Positions 1 to 9,578 of a DNA stretch of 64,000 nt are shown here, in pieces (position 1 is the stretch's first letter; every line of letters begins with the position of its first letter). Made by a program: the position numbers and the translations under genes. A model generated the notes under the pieces. The model searched no databases, was not told the DNA's origin, and saw only the letters and a program-made list of their open reading frames with translations. The stretch comes from Christensenellaceae bacterium (lineage in GTDB: Bacteria > Bacillota > Clostridia > Christensenellales > CAG-138). Location: positions 3,457,778-3,521,777 of the forward strand of contig OY764017.1 in the NCBI GenBank assembly GCA_963667795.1, given 5' to 3'.

Positions 1-26
1 AGATTTTCCTGTTCCTGAGGAAACAT
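1..26 (-). CDS. 5' end of a gene running off the left edge (MFPQEQEN...)
   Basis: AAGGAG SD at 31-36 upstream of ATG at 26 on minus strand, preceded by an AT-rich intergenic region; product unknown. Confidence 0.45.
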
Positions 27-241
27 GAGACTCCTTAATTTTTAGAGAGATTTATATATTTTATATGAAAACAAAAAAACATGCAACAAATTCATTTAAA
101 CGCTAAAACAAATGTAAACGATAACAACAAATACAATGCTATATTTGAGCGCGAAACAACAATATTTCGATAGAGATAAACCGTTCAGGCGCGTAGCGGA
201 TGGGGGGTAAGGATATGCAGTAGGGGAGAAGAAAAGGATGA

Positions 242-673
242 CTATTCGTGGAAGAGTTCCATATAGTTTTCCGGGTCTTCCAGGTTTTGAAACCCAAAAC
301 GGCCGTAAAACGGCTGTGCATTGCTGGTTAGCAGGCTGATACGTCGAAGTCCCTGAAGGTCGGGATGCTTCAGTATGCAGGCAATCAGCCAGGTACCGAG
401 ATCTTTGCCGCGGTATTCGGGCGCAATGACGACGTCGCACAGATACGCATGCGTCGCATAGTCCGTAACCACGCGCGCAAGGCCGATTTGATGCGTCCAG
501 TCAAAAAGCGAAAAGCAGAGCGAGTGCTCCAGCGAGCGGATAATGACGGAGCGGGACCGGTTCTTGGCCCAATACGTTTCGTGAAGCAGCGTGCAAACGG
601 CGTCGACGTCAAGTTTCTCAGGATCTGTGGTGATGGTGTACTGCTCTTTCTCATATAAAACCGGCTTCATCAT
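242..673 (-). CDS. GNAT family N-acetyltransferase
   Basis: QIGLARVVTD...YLCDVVIAPEYRGKDLG acetyl-CoA motif A, FYGRFGF; start moved to ATG 673 after GGAG SD. Confidence 0.9.
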   Translation of the reverse strand: MMKPVLYEKEQYTITTDPEKLDVDAVCTLLHETYWAKNRSRSVIIRSLEHSLCFSLFDWTHQIGLARVVTDYATHAYLCDVVIAPEYRGKDLGTWLIACILKHPDLQGLRRISLLTSNAQPFYGRFGFQNLEDPENYMELFHE

Positions 674-716
674 GACACTCTCCAAATCGTATAAACCGAG
701 TCAGCTCACAATTATT

Positions 717-1160
717 TTACGACCAGCTTTGCAACTCCAGAATGTTTCCCTCCGGGTCTTTTGCATAGACAAACGTCGCCTTTCGGCCGTCTGCATAGTC
801 CGCATGGACGACCTCGCCAACGATACCGCCACCGCCGGCGATCACTTTCTCCAACGTTTTTTGAACATCGTCCACTTCAAACGCGAGGTGCGCAATACCA
901 TATGCATTGATCATGTGATCCTGTATGCCGGTCATCTGATCGTATGAAAAAATCTCCAGCGTTGGATGATCTTCGCTGTAACCGGGAAGCACAAGATGCT
1001 CTCCCGTAATATGCGCGTTTGTCAGTCCGGTCAACCGGTCAAGCCAGTCGCCGCGCAGGTCGCGCGATTCACCGCAGCTGCTACAGCCAAGGACTTCTTT
1101 ATAAAATGCAAGCAGACGCGGCGCGTCTTTAGCGATGATATTTGTGTGTACGTAGCGCAT
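717..1160 (-). CDS. VOC/glyoxalase family protein
   Basis: HTNIIA...FYKEVLG, HLAFEVDDV, DPEGNILEL motifs; start 1160 or GTG 1181. Confidence 0.88.
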   Translation of the reverse strand: MRYVHTNIIAKDAPRLLAFYKEVLGCSSCGESRDLRGDWLDRLTGLTNAHITGEHLVLPGYSEDHPTLEIFSYDQMTGIQDHMINAYGIAHLAFEVDDVQKTLEKVIAGGGGIVGEVVHADYADGRKATFVYAKDPEGNILELQSWS

Positions 1161-1198
1161 GAAATCGATGCTGATCCTCACTGGTTCCTATCTGTTTG

Positions 1199-2803
1199 TT
1201 ACACGTTTTCACGGATGACCTTCAGGTCTTTTTTGATTTCGCGCTTGTTTGCATACATCTTTTCGTCGGCGGCATTGACCGCATCGTCGATGCTTTGTTT
1301 GGAATCCGGCGGAAGCGCTTCTATGCCACAGCTTACGCTGACGATATACGCGTGGTTTTCCGTGTCGTTGATTTGCGTATATTCCGCGAGGATGCGTTCC
1401 CAGATTTGCGCCGCACGCTCTTCATCCGCGTCCCAGAATACGATAAGGAATTCGTCACCGCCGAGACGAGCAACGACGTCGTTGCTGCGCACGGCTGCCT
1501 TGATGCCGTTTGCAACGCTAACGATCAACTCGTCTCCGGCATCGTGCCCGAGCGTATCATTCACGTTTTTGAGACCGTTGATATCCAGAAAACAAATGCT
1601 GATCGTCTTTCCCGCGCCGCTTGCTTCCTTGAAAAGCTTATTGAGCTTATAAAATCCCGCGCGCCGGTTAAAAACACCCGTGAGCACGTCGTACTCAGAA
1701 AAATATTGTATTTCTTCCCGTTTGGACTTGTTGAAGCCGATGAACCATCCAAGCGTTACCGCAAGCCCAAGGAAGAGAAGATAAACAAACACTTGGGCCC
1801 CCAGAACACTTGAAAGCTCTGTTAACCATGTCCTGTAAAATGTCGATCCCGCGACTGATTCGTTTGAAAGGTACAGTACAACGTGAAAATCACCGTCGCC
1901 AAGGACGGGGGAATATGCACAATTGTTAATTGCAACCGACGAGTTGAGGAATATATTTGTAAAGACAAACACACCGTTTTCCGTAACGATCGAGCTGTCC
2001 TGTCCCGCCTTGATGGTGTCCCATGCATAGGGGGATTCGTGCGCAAAGGAGACATCTTCCATACCCTCGTACATAAACGCCCACTGGGTTGCGCTTTCGT
2101 CCTCGTTCACAATCCAATAACCGTTGGAATTCAGCAGAAAGAGCACTCCGTAGCTTCCCGCAGATGTCGAACGAATGGCACCGAGCAAATCGTCCGCAAG
2201 ATAATTGACCACAATGATGCCAAGGAGTTCACCGTCCGTACCGAGCGTGGGGACGCACAAGCGGAGCATTGGTTTAATCGGCTGTTCGATTAAACCGTTT
2301 TCAACGTTGAGGTCCAGCTTTGAAATATAGATCTGATTATCATCCAGACCGATCGTTTCCGTGAAATAGTATCTGTCTTTTTTATTCTGCAATTCTGTAT
2401 CGCTGGTCAGGTATGCACCGTCCGCCGAATAGTTCACCCGGATACGCTCGTCGCCGTTTACGTCGATAAAACGGATCTGGTCAAAAATTTTACTGCGATT
2501 TGAAAATGCCAGCCATTGCTCTTCCAATTCCGAAAAATCCGAATGTCCCTCCAGATTGATGCGATAGCTGTCCATAAGATACAGCGTATCCGAAATCAAC
2601 CGTACGAGTTTATTGCGGATGACGGACGATTGCACGTTCAAAATGGATTTTTCATGATTCAGTACCAGTTGCTGTTCGGCTTTTGTTTCGTTGGTTTCAA
2701 TCACCAGTAAAACACCGGAATAGACGACGCTGAAGCTGAAAAAAACGATCAACGTGTATGCAACAATAATATGAATTTTTACCGTATGAAACTTATTTCG
2801 CAT
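1199..2803 (-). CDS. Membrane diguanylate cyclase with extracytoplasmic Cache-like sensor domain
   Basis: Two TM segments flanking a QIRFID...YYFTE...ISKLDLN sensor region; DINGLKNVNDTLGHDAGD, RSND I-site, GGDEF; start refined to ATG 2803. Confidence 0.9.
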   Translation of the reverse strand: MRNKFHTVKIHIIVAYTLIVFFSFSVVYSGVLLVIETNETKAEQQLVLNHEKSILNVQSSVIRNKLVRLISDTLYLMDSYRINLEGHSDFSELEEQWLAFSNRSKIFDQIRFIDVNGDERIRVNYSADGAYLTSDTELQNKKDRYYFTETIGLDDNQIYISKLDLNVENGLIEQPIKPMLRLCVPTLGTDGELLGIIVVNYLADDLLGAIRSTSAGSYGVLFLLNSNGYWIVNEDESATQWAFMYEGMEDVSFAHESPYAWDTIKAGQDSSIVTENGVFVFTNIFLNSSVAINNCAYSPVLGDGDFHVVLYLSNESVAGSTFYRTWLTELSSVLGAQVFVYLLFLGLAVTLGWFIGFNKSKREEIQYFSEYDVLTGVFNRRAGFYKLNKLFKEASGAGKTISICFLDINGLKNVNDTLGHDAGDELIVSVANGIKAAVRSNDVVARLGGDEFLIVFWDADEERAAQIWERILAEYTQINDTENHAYIVSVSCGIEALPPDSKQSIDDAVNAADEKMYANKREIKKDLKVIRENV

Positions 2804-2831
2804 AATATCCGTCCAATCAAAATCGAATAAT

Positions 2832-3518
2832 TTACAAAATGATTCTGTAGAGTTCCTCCAGATTGTGAATTTCATAATCCGCTGCCGGTTCGCTCACTTC
2901 CAGCCCGTTCGGATTATACCAGCAGGTCTTAATACCTGCGTTGACGCCACCCTTAATATCGGAGCTCAGCGAATCTCCGACCATCAACACGGAAGATTTA
3001 TCGTGAATGCCGCAAAGATCGAATGCATATTCAAAGAATCGGGCGTCCGGTTTTTGGCACCCCGTATCCTCCGAAACGACGACCTGTGTGATGTACGGCG
3101 TGAGTCCGGAATTCTTTAGCCTTTGCTGCTGCACGTTTGAAATGCCGTTGGTTGCAATCACGAGTGAGCAATGTTCCGAAAGTTTTGCACAAACGCCTGC
3201 CGCGCCGTCGATCAGACAACCGCATTCGGCGAAAATGCCAAGATAGTGCGCGTTGAACGCCGCGGCGTCCGCCTCGTTAGCGTACGTTTCCAGCAGTTTT
3301 TGAAATCGTGTTGTCTGCAGGGTAGCTTTGTCGATTTTCCCTTTTTCAAAATCTTCCCAAACTTGACGGTTGATTTCACGATATGTTTGCCGGACGCCGT
3401 TGCCATAGGCAAAGCCAAAGTATAAAAAGGTTTGCTCAAGGGCGGTCGCTTCTGCGCGATCATAGTCGAACAGGGTGTTGTCTGCGTCGAGAAAAATCCA
3501 TTGATAGCGAGGGGGCAT
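2832..3518 (-). CDS. yjjG: YjjG-family HAD nucleotidase
   Basis: FLDADNTLFDY motif I, ATNG, KPD, MVGDSLSSDIKG. Confidence 0.88.
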   Translation of the reverse strand: MPPRYQWIFLDADNTLFDYDRAEATALEQTFLYFGFAYGNGVRQTYREINRQVWEDFEKGKIDKATLQTTRFQKLLETYANEADAAAFNAHYLGIFAECGCLIDGAAGVCAKLSEHCSLVIATNGISNVQQQRLKNSGLTPYITQVVVSEDTGCQKPDARFFEYAFDLCGIHDKSSVLMVGDSLSSDIKGGVNAGIKTCWYNPNGLEVSEPAADYEIHNLEELYRIIL

Positions 3519-3630
3519 GATTCTGCGTCTCCAACTTCCATATTATTATCCGTGAAGAACGGGGTCTCCATAATTAAATGATCAAGCATAGCGCGTGGAT
3601 TGTCAAGAAGAGGGACGAAAATAATGCGCG

Positions 3631-4047
3631 CTATTCTCCGATAATTTTGATCAGCAGCCGTTTATTGCGCATGCCGTCGAACTCACCGTAGAAGATTTGT
3701 TCCCACGGGCCGAAGTCGAGGCTGCCGTTCGTTATGGCAACAACGACCTCGCGTCCCATAATCTGCCGTTTCATGTGGGCGTCTGCATTGTCTTCAAACC
3801 CGTTGTGCGCATACTGGCTGTGCGGTTTTTCCGGCGCAAGGCGCTCTAGCCATTTTTCATAATCCTGGTGCAGGCCGCTTTCGTCGTCATTGATAAAAAC
3901 ACTTGCGGTGATGTGCATTGTGTTAACCAGGCAAAGGCCTTCCACGATGTCGCTTTCACGCAAAGCCGACTCGACCTGCGGTGTGATATTGACGAATGCT
4001 CTGCGTGTACTTGTGTGCATCATCAGTTCTTTTCGATAGCTTTTCAC
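3631..4047 (-). CDS. yjbQ: YjbQ/UPF0047 family protein
   Basis: [31 protein letters not shown]. Confidence 0.92.
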   Translation of the reverse strand: MKSYRKELMMHTSTRRAFVNITPQVESALRESDIVEGLCLVNTMHITASVFINDDESGLHQDYEKWLERLAPEKPHSQYAHNGFEDNADAHMKRQIMGREVVVAITNGSLDFGPWEQIFYGEFDGMRNKRLLIKIIGE

Positions 4048-4170
4048 TAGAAACCTCCCGGTGGAAAAATTTGGCGGTCAATTGTTTCGGAATATGCTTA
4101 TAAATCACAGCCTGTCCTATTCGTATAGCTGTGGTTAATATGTAAATTATCATGGTAATATTACGTTACT

Positions 4171-5715
4171 CTATTCCCAAACCACGCAGCTGTTGCCCGA
4201 TTGACCTTTGGCCATATACATTGCTTTGTCAGCACATTTCAGAATGTCTTCCTCGGTGTTTGCGGCATTGTTGTCGCAGACACCGATGCTGAGCCTTAGC
4301 TGGATGCCGGCCTCGTTTTCGATTTGAACAACCTTGCTGTTTGCGGCTCTCAGAATGCGGTTTGCGATGATCAGGGCTTCTTTCCGGCTTGCACCGGGAA
4401 GGACGGCTTCAAATTCGTCGCCGCCAATGCGTGCAATTGCATCCTCATGGCGCAGCACATCGCGCAATACTTCTGCAAATGCCTTTAAAACCAGGTCGCC
4501 GACATCGTGTCCATGGGTATCGTTGATGCTCTTAAATTTATCCAAGTCCATCATTAATACAGAGACGTTTTCACCCGTGATTGTGGATTCCATCAACCGT
4601 CTTGCCAGGGTGGACATAAAGCTGTCCCGGTTCATCAACCCGGTCAAACTGTCTGTTTCGGCCTTTGTTTTTAAGGCGAATTCCTGCATGCGAAGCACGG
4701 TGACATCCCGCATGATGGTTACCGAACCGACAGCTACGCCGCGGTGGGATTTTAACGGATAGACCCGAATATGTATGAAGCAAGTCTCTGGATTCGTCAG
4801 TTTTAGCTCCAGCTCGCCGGTGACGCAGTTTTGCGTCAGCTGCAACCAGTCGGGGAAGGATTCAAACACTTCCGCCATTTTTTTGCCCGACGGTCGCTCG
4901 TGAATACCAAAATTGTAATCCAGAATTTTTGCGGCGTACGGGTTCATGTCCGTAATCGTCCCGGCGCTGTCCGAAACGACGATACCCATCTCAATCACGT
5001 CGAAGACCGTATCCCTGGCGATTGGAGATACGCGGAAGAATTTGTTTTTATACAGGTTATAAAACAAGATCAATGCACTCGGCAGGTAGATCGTTACGAT
5101 TGGAAGGTTGACGCGCGTGCCCTCCAAAAACGCGGTTTTAAAGAAGGCAAGGACAAAGACGAGCCCCATGGAGAAGAAAACAAGCATGACTTGCCTTCTG
5201 AAATTTCGAGCAACTTGTCTTGAAAAGACGACTAAAACCGATAAGGCGGCGAAAACAAGCGTATAGTTATACGCGACAAGAGCTTTTCCGATATCCGTTT
5301 GCTGAATGGAAAGCGCTTTGCCAAAGAATTGGTTTTGGATAACGGTATAGCCAACACGCATGATATGCGTTGATTCATCTGTGAAAATCAAAATGATAGC
5401 GATTACCGGTATAATCGATAACAGCGGGAGAAATTTTTTTAGCCGGTCGAAACGCGCGTAATCCAATGAAAAATAGACGCATGCGACAGGGAGGAGGAAG
5501 ATGCCGATTTGTTCGATATTTCTCCAGATAAGCATGCCTTGCTCTGTGGGCGAAATCATCTCGAAAAGAGAACCGATGGACCAAATAGATACAAATATAA
5601 TCTGCAGCAGATAAGGGATCGATCCGGCAACGTTTCGATTTTTTAACGCATAGATTGAAATCGCAGACAAGATTACCAGCGAGGCACCAATTATGAATAT
5701 ATAAGTGAGCTCCAC
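4171..5715 (-). CDS. 7TM (HisKA_7TM-like)-PAS-GGDEF diguanylate cyclase
   Basis: Multiple N-terminal TM helices, PAS-like GIVVSD...MNP...IMRDVT, DLDKFKSINDTHGHDVGD, RHED I-site, GGDEF; AAGGAG SD with GTG start. Confidence 0.9.
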   Translation of the reverse strand: MELTYIFIIGASLVILSAISIYALKNRNVAGSIPYLLQIIFVSIWSIGSLFEMISPTEQGMLIWRNIEQIGIFLLPVACVYFSLDYARFDRLKKFLPLLSIIPVIAIILIFTDESTHIMRVGYTVIQNQFFGKALSIQQTDIGKALVAYNYTLVFAALSVLVVFSRQVARNFRRQVMLVFFSMGLVFVLAFFKTAFLEGTRVNLPIVTIYLPSALILFYNLYKNKFFRVSPIARDTVFDVIEMGIVVSDSAGTITDMNPYAAKILDYNFGIHERPSGKKMAEVFESFPDWLQLTQNCVTGELELKLTNPETCFIHIRVYPLKSHRGVAVGSVTIMRDVTVLRMQEFALKTKAETDSLTGLMNRDSFMSTLARRLMESTITGENVSVLMMDLDKFKSINDTHGHDVGDLVLKAFAEVLRDVLRHEDAIARIGGDEFEAVLPGASRKEALIIANRILRAANSKVVQIENEAGIQLRLSIGVCDNNAANTEEDILKCADKAMYMAKGQSGNSCVVWE

Positions 5716-5978
5716 AAATTATGTATCTCCTTCCGGACGTATTACTTGTTAAGTGAACGGATTACTCGTAAAGTGAATCGAAAAGTAAATAATATACAGT
5801 CTATATTAATATAAATACGGAAGTATAGCAATGTTTCGCGCAAAGGTAGGATGATTTTTTGAACCACCTAAGCTTCGCGATCATTTGAGCGCATATGCTG
5901 AACACATGATTCGTGGAACGACTGACAACCCGCATGATGGTAAAACAGTTTAGTCATGCGGTGCTTCCAACTGCATAC

Positions 5979-6275
5979 TTACTGCTGAAACCAGCTTCTC
6001 AGCTCTTCCTGGCAGTTGTGCAGCTTAAATTCCGTGATCCGGTATTTTTGAATACCGGCTTTTACCAAGGGATCATCGCTGCAAAATTTTTCGATATCGT
6101 CGCACTTCAAAACGATAATGCCGCCGCCAACATTCGTTTTGGGTCCCGAAACCAATATTGAACCGTCATTGAAACCCGTTTTCAGATATTCAAGATGCGC
6201 GTCGATCGCCCGCTGCAACGCGTCTTGATCGGGCAGTGTATCTGCAAAGGTTCCTTCCAACACATAATACTTCAT
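5979..6275 (-). CDS. YciI family protein (98 aa)
   Basis: AHLEYL...SGPK...GGGIIV...DDPLVKAG; true start MKYYV at 6275 with AAAGGAG SD (the 206-aa ORF overextends into the GFA gene). Confidence 0.85.
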   Translation of the reverse strand: MKYYVLEGTFADTLPDQDALQRAIDAHLEYLKTGFNDGSILVSGPKTNVGGGIIVLKCDDIEKFCSDDPLVKAGIQKYRITEFKLHNCQEELRSWFQQ

Positions 6276-6357
6276 GCTGTTACTCCTTTCTTCTCTTAGC
6301 GCGACAGCGCGTAAATGTGCAAAGATTAAAAGCGTCGCCCAATCGAGACAGCGCGAT

Positions 6358-6762
6358 TCAATCCTCTGGCAGCTCCGGATACTTTTGCACCGTTTCCAGA
6401 TCGTTATCCCAGTTGGCTCGTCTTGACCAGTAGATGTGTCCCTGCGGCTTAAAGTGAATGTCGCTGTCGATACACCCGGCGGGGACGACGAGAAGCGTTC
6501 CTTCCAGCTGAAGATTCGGCAGCGCCGATCCGCAAGTTGGGCAAAAGCTCTTGATATGACCCTCGGAACGGTAATCGAAGGTTTGAACGTCCTGCTCACC
6601 GGTCAGCCATTTTAACGAAGCTGTCGTTGAAAACAGATTCGCGGCATGTGCGGTGCCCGTGTCCTTGCGGCAGCGCTCGCAATGACAAAGATAAAAATGG
6701 TCGAACTCGCCGTCTATTTCAAACGTGATTTTGCCGCAAAGGCAGGAACCTGTGTATTTCAT
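6358..6762 (-). CDS. GFA (glutathione-dependent formaldehyde-activating)/Mss4-like zinc protein
   Basis: GSCLCG, CHCERCRK, FCPTCGS; start MKYTG at 6762 with AGGAG SD. Confidence 0.92.
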   Translation of the reverse strand: MKYTGSCLCGKITFEIDGEFDHFYLCHCERCRKDTGTAHAANLFSTTASLKWLTGEQDVQTFDYRSEGHIKSFCPTCGSALPNLQLEGTLLVVPAGCIDSDIHFKPQGHIYWSRRANWDNDLETVQKYPELPED

Positions 6763-6851
6763 AAGGGAAACTCCTGAATAAAGAATGATTTTGTTTTTCA
6801 AAAAACTGTTCTTCGTTTAAAACACTTAAAACAATACTTTTTGAATGTTCG

Positions 6852-7123
6852 CTATTCCCATGCTTGCCTTAATTCAATCTGGCCGTCACCGTTGCCCATG
6901 GGGTCGGGGATTTCGCACCCATTCAATCGCCACTTTTTTTGATTTCACGTCGATTAAAAAGAAACCCGCCACCACGTCGTGGGTCGGTTCGAACGAGCCA
7001 TGGCTTAAAACGGGTTTGTCACCCAACTCCTGATGGTACTGTTTCATTGGGGCTTCCAAGTGCGGCTTAGGCGTGTTGATACCTTCCGAAGTTTGAAGCT
7101 TTTACAATCATCATGAATAGCAA
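6852..7123 (-). pseudogene. YciI (DGPF-type) pseudogene
   Basis: AAGGAG SD + TTG; hand translation MLFMMIVKAS /frameshift/ EG..PKPHLEAPMKQYHQELGDKPVLSHGSFEPTHDVVAGFFLIDVKSKKVAIEWVR /frameshift/ IPDPMGNGDGQIELRQAWE*; matches DGPF-family architecture with two frameshifts and a probable internal deletion. Confidence 0.8.
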
Positions 7124-7350
7124 AGTTGTCTCCTTTTTGGTGGGGAAGAATGCAGGCCTTATAGATTCAAACGCTGTAGGTGTGTCCTGATTCATAGTTT
7201 CATTTCAAGGGTGTCCGCGCTTTATTTTAAATATTATGCAGCCTCGCAGCAAACTCCACGCGGCTCAAGGCTCTCACTTTGATACCTTGGGTGTAAATTT
7301 GCATTTATCTGCTCATGAGAATGTGCCCATATCTATTTTCATATTTTGTT

Positions 7351-7463
7351 CGTTCGTGGGGATACGTCCAACGTGCAGACGGCGGTGAGCGAAAATCCGT
7401 ACGCGGTGAGAACCTTGCAGTCTCGTATGATTGCACGAGACATACACAACACGGTTAAGCCGC
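7351..7463 (-). repeat. Decayed duplicate of rlmD 3' region (matches 9621-9745)
   Basis: Manual alignment ~89/113 identical positions, a 17-nt exact block GGTGAGCGAAAATCCGT (7384-7400 = 9654-9670), 11-nt and 1-nt deletions; encodes NRVVYVSCN..RDCKVLTAYGFSLTAV. Confidence 0.9.
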
Positions 7464-7476
7464 CTTCACACGAACC

Positions 7477-8190
7477 TCAGCCGCCGTTGGCATTGATAAA
7501 ATCACAAATTGCATCTACCGTAATGTTTTGCTGTTCTTCGGCGGTAATGGTAGCATCCGGATCACCTTTTTGCTTGCCATAATTGCCGAACTGCGCGTGG
7601 TTGCCGCCCTCGATTTTCACAATATTCTCCGTGTAGTCGATGTTTTTCTCAAGATTGTCATTGAATGTGCCGTAAATAGTGAGCGCCTTTTCGGGCGGGT
7701 AATCTCCGTAAATATACGCGCCCATCAGTATCAGCCCGTTTACTTTTTCGGGATTCTTCGATGCGTAATCGCTCGCCATCGCACCGCCCATGGAATGACC
7801 CGCTATGTACCAATTTGAGATTTGCGGCAGCCTCTCGAAGACGTCATCAGCCGCATTCACATCAAAAATGGCCATATTAAAAGGCATTTTTACAAGTACG
7901 CAGGTGAACCCCCGATTTGCAAGCTTTTCAAGAATAGGCAAATAGGCAACAGCTTCAACCTTTGCACCGGGATAAAAAATAATCCCCGTATCGGTTGAAT
8001 TGTTTGACGGCAGGATCGTTAGATGATCGATCACTTCAGGCGGTGAGTCGCTGCTCATTATGGCAAGGGCCGCAACGTCTGCATGATAGTAATCGTTTGC
8101 CCACAATAAGAAACCGCCGACCAAAAGCACACATACTATTAGGACGGATAAACCTGCTATTCTTAATTTTTTCAAGGAATGCTTCTTCAC
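7477..8190 (-). CDS. Membrane-anchored alpha/beta hydrolase
   Basis: N-terminal TM, IFYPGAKV, GHSMGG nucleophile elbow, GGNHAQFGNYG; GTG start 8190 after AAAGGA. Confidence 0.88.
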   Translation of the reverse strand: MKKHSLKKLRIAGLSVLIVCVLLVGGFLLWANDYYHADVAALAIMSSDSPPEVIDHLTILPSNNSTDTGIIFYPGAKVEAVAYLPILEKLANRGFTCVLVKMPFNMAIFDVNAADDVFERLPQISNWYIAGHSMGGAMASDYASKNPEKVNGLILMGAYIYGDYPPEKALTIYGTFNDNLEKNIDYTENIVKIEGGNHAQFGNYGKQKGDPDATITAEEQQNITVDAICDFINANGG

Positions 8191-8335
8191 GGTATGACAT
8201 CCTTTCATTGCGTCCGGTATAGTTCTTTAATGGGTCGGTGGATTTCAAGAGATATGCCTTGAGCAGACAAAAATGATGGCATTGAAGGCCAAATAGTTTT
8301 TTGCGAAGTTTTTTCGGAACTAAATGTCTTCTCCA

Positions 8336-8791
8336 TTATGCATCGCTTAATTCCAAACAATACACACTCACTGCAAAGGTTTCATTTCCGGGCATAACGC
8401 CTGACAGAATCTCCTTGGTTTGGAAACCCATTTTTTCGTATAGTTTCAGGGCTGAATCATTGCCGGCCAACACCTCAATCTCAAGTGGGCGTTTGGTATG
8501 TGCCATCATGTATTGTACCAATTGCGTACCAATCCCTTTTCTCATATATTCCGGATCAACATACAACCAACCAATCTCATTCTCTAAATAGGCCCCGAAG
8601 CCAACAACCTTTTCTTGCCATTCTGCAACACAGAGTGTATATGCAAACAGGTCTTCCTTATCCGCCGCCTCTTTTAGGGGGATAAAAGCTGCTTCCAGTT
8701 TTGCATTCGTTAACTCAATCATTCTTGCCGCATCATGAATTCCAGAAATGTGATTCCAGTCACTACTGCGGTATTCTCTAATCTTAATCAT
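8336..8791 (-). CDS. GNAT family N-acetyltransferase
   Basis: LYVDPEYMRKGIGTQL, N..ALKLYEKMGF. Confidence 0.9.
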   Translation of the reverse strand: MIKIREYRSSDWNHISGIHDAARMIELTNAKLEAAFIPLKEAADKEDLFAYTLCVAEWQEKVVGFGAYLENEIGWLYVDPEYMRKGIGTQLVQYMMAHTKRPLEIEVLAGNDSALKLYEKMGFQTKEILSGVMPGNETFAVSVYCLELSDA

Positions 8792-8813
8792 GTAAGTTTT
8801 ATCCAGTCAGTCG

Positions 8814-9464
8814 TTAATACTCGCCCATGTCGCGAATTTTTTTCAGAACCGCGATATAATCACGGGCCTTGCCGCCAAAGGTTTCCGGATTCACAGGGTG
8901 ATGTACGTTATACAGATAACCGCTTTCCCCATACCGGCCCTGTTTCAATTCATCCAGATAATTTTCATCCATGCAGACATTCGTAGTTTCAAGGCACATC
9001 AAAACATGATCGCTGCCGTCGGTAATTTCGCGCTCCCATAAGTAGCGGCATTCAAGAGAAAGAAAACACTCCTTGATGCGGGGCGCATTGACTGTTGTTG
9101 CGGGTTCCGCCGTTAATCCGGAAGCCGTGATTTCATCCGTTTCCCACTGGTTGTTCACAATCGTATCCAAGCAGCGTTCATAAATACCGGCCGATGGAAA
9201 ATTTAGAACACAAACACCGGAATCGTGAATGGTTTTATACATATGTCCCGCTTTATTCACGCTCGATATAATAGCATAAAAGCCTTTTTTATCTCCGTCA
9301 AAACAAGCCCATGACTGCAGACAGGCGTTGGTTTTTCCATTCGATTTGTAAGAGGTGACGACAAACAATGGTGACGGAATCGCCGTTACGAAATCCATCC
9401 ATGAAAAGCCATACGTTACCATGCTTTCCATAGACTTCGGAACAGACGGGTACTCTTTCTTCAT
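8814..9464 (-). CDS. Flavin reductase-like (FMN-binding split barrel) protein
   Basis: PSPLFVVTS...NAC, CVLNFPS, VNAPRIKECFLSLECR. Confidence 0.82.
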   Translation of the reverse strand: MKKEYPSVPKSMESMVTYGFSWMDFVTAIPSPLFVVTSYKSNGKTNACLQSWACFDGDKKGFYAIISSVNKAGHMYKTIHDSGVCVLNFPSAGIYERCLDTIVNNQWETDEITASGLTAEPATTVNAPRIKECFLSLECRYLWEREITDGSDHVLMCLETTNVCMDENYLDELKQGRYGESGYLYNVHHPVNPETFGGKARDYIAVLKKIRDMGEY

Positions 9465-9578
9465 ATGCTATTTCTCCCTGCGGGTAAATTCCCGCGAAGC
9501 GATAATTCGCAGCTTTGGTGTGGCCGGTCTTCCTTTAATATGCGAAAAACTCAAGAATAACGGGTTTTCACATATTGG

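Noticed and set aside
1-26. Edge gene begins MFPQ, like rlmD DMFPQT
   Set aside because: Different codons, its own SD and no flanking rlmD homology; coincidence
7229-7290. Minus-strand SRVEFAARL resembling the rlmD HVE tail, and TCAAG-N8-YTTGA palindromes here and near 8246-8263
   Set aside because: Too short and degenerate to tell from chance without a motif search
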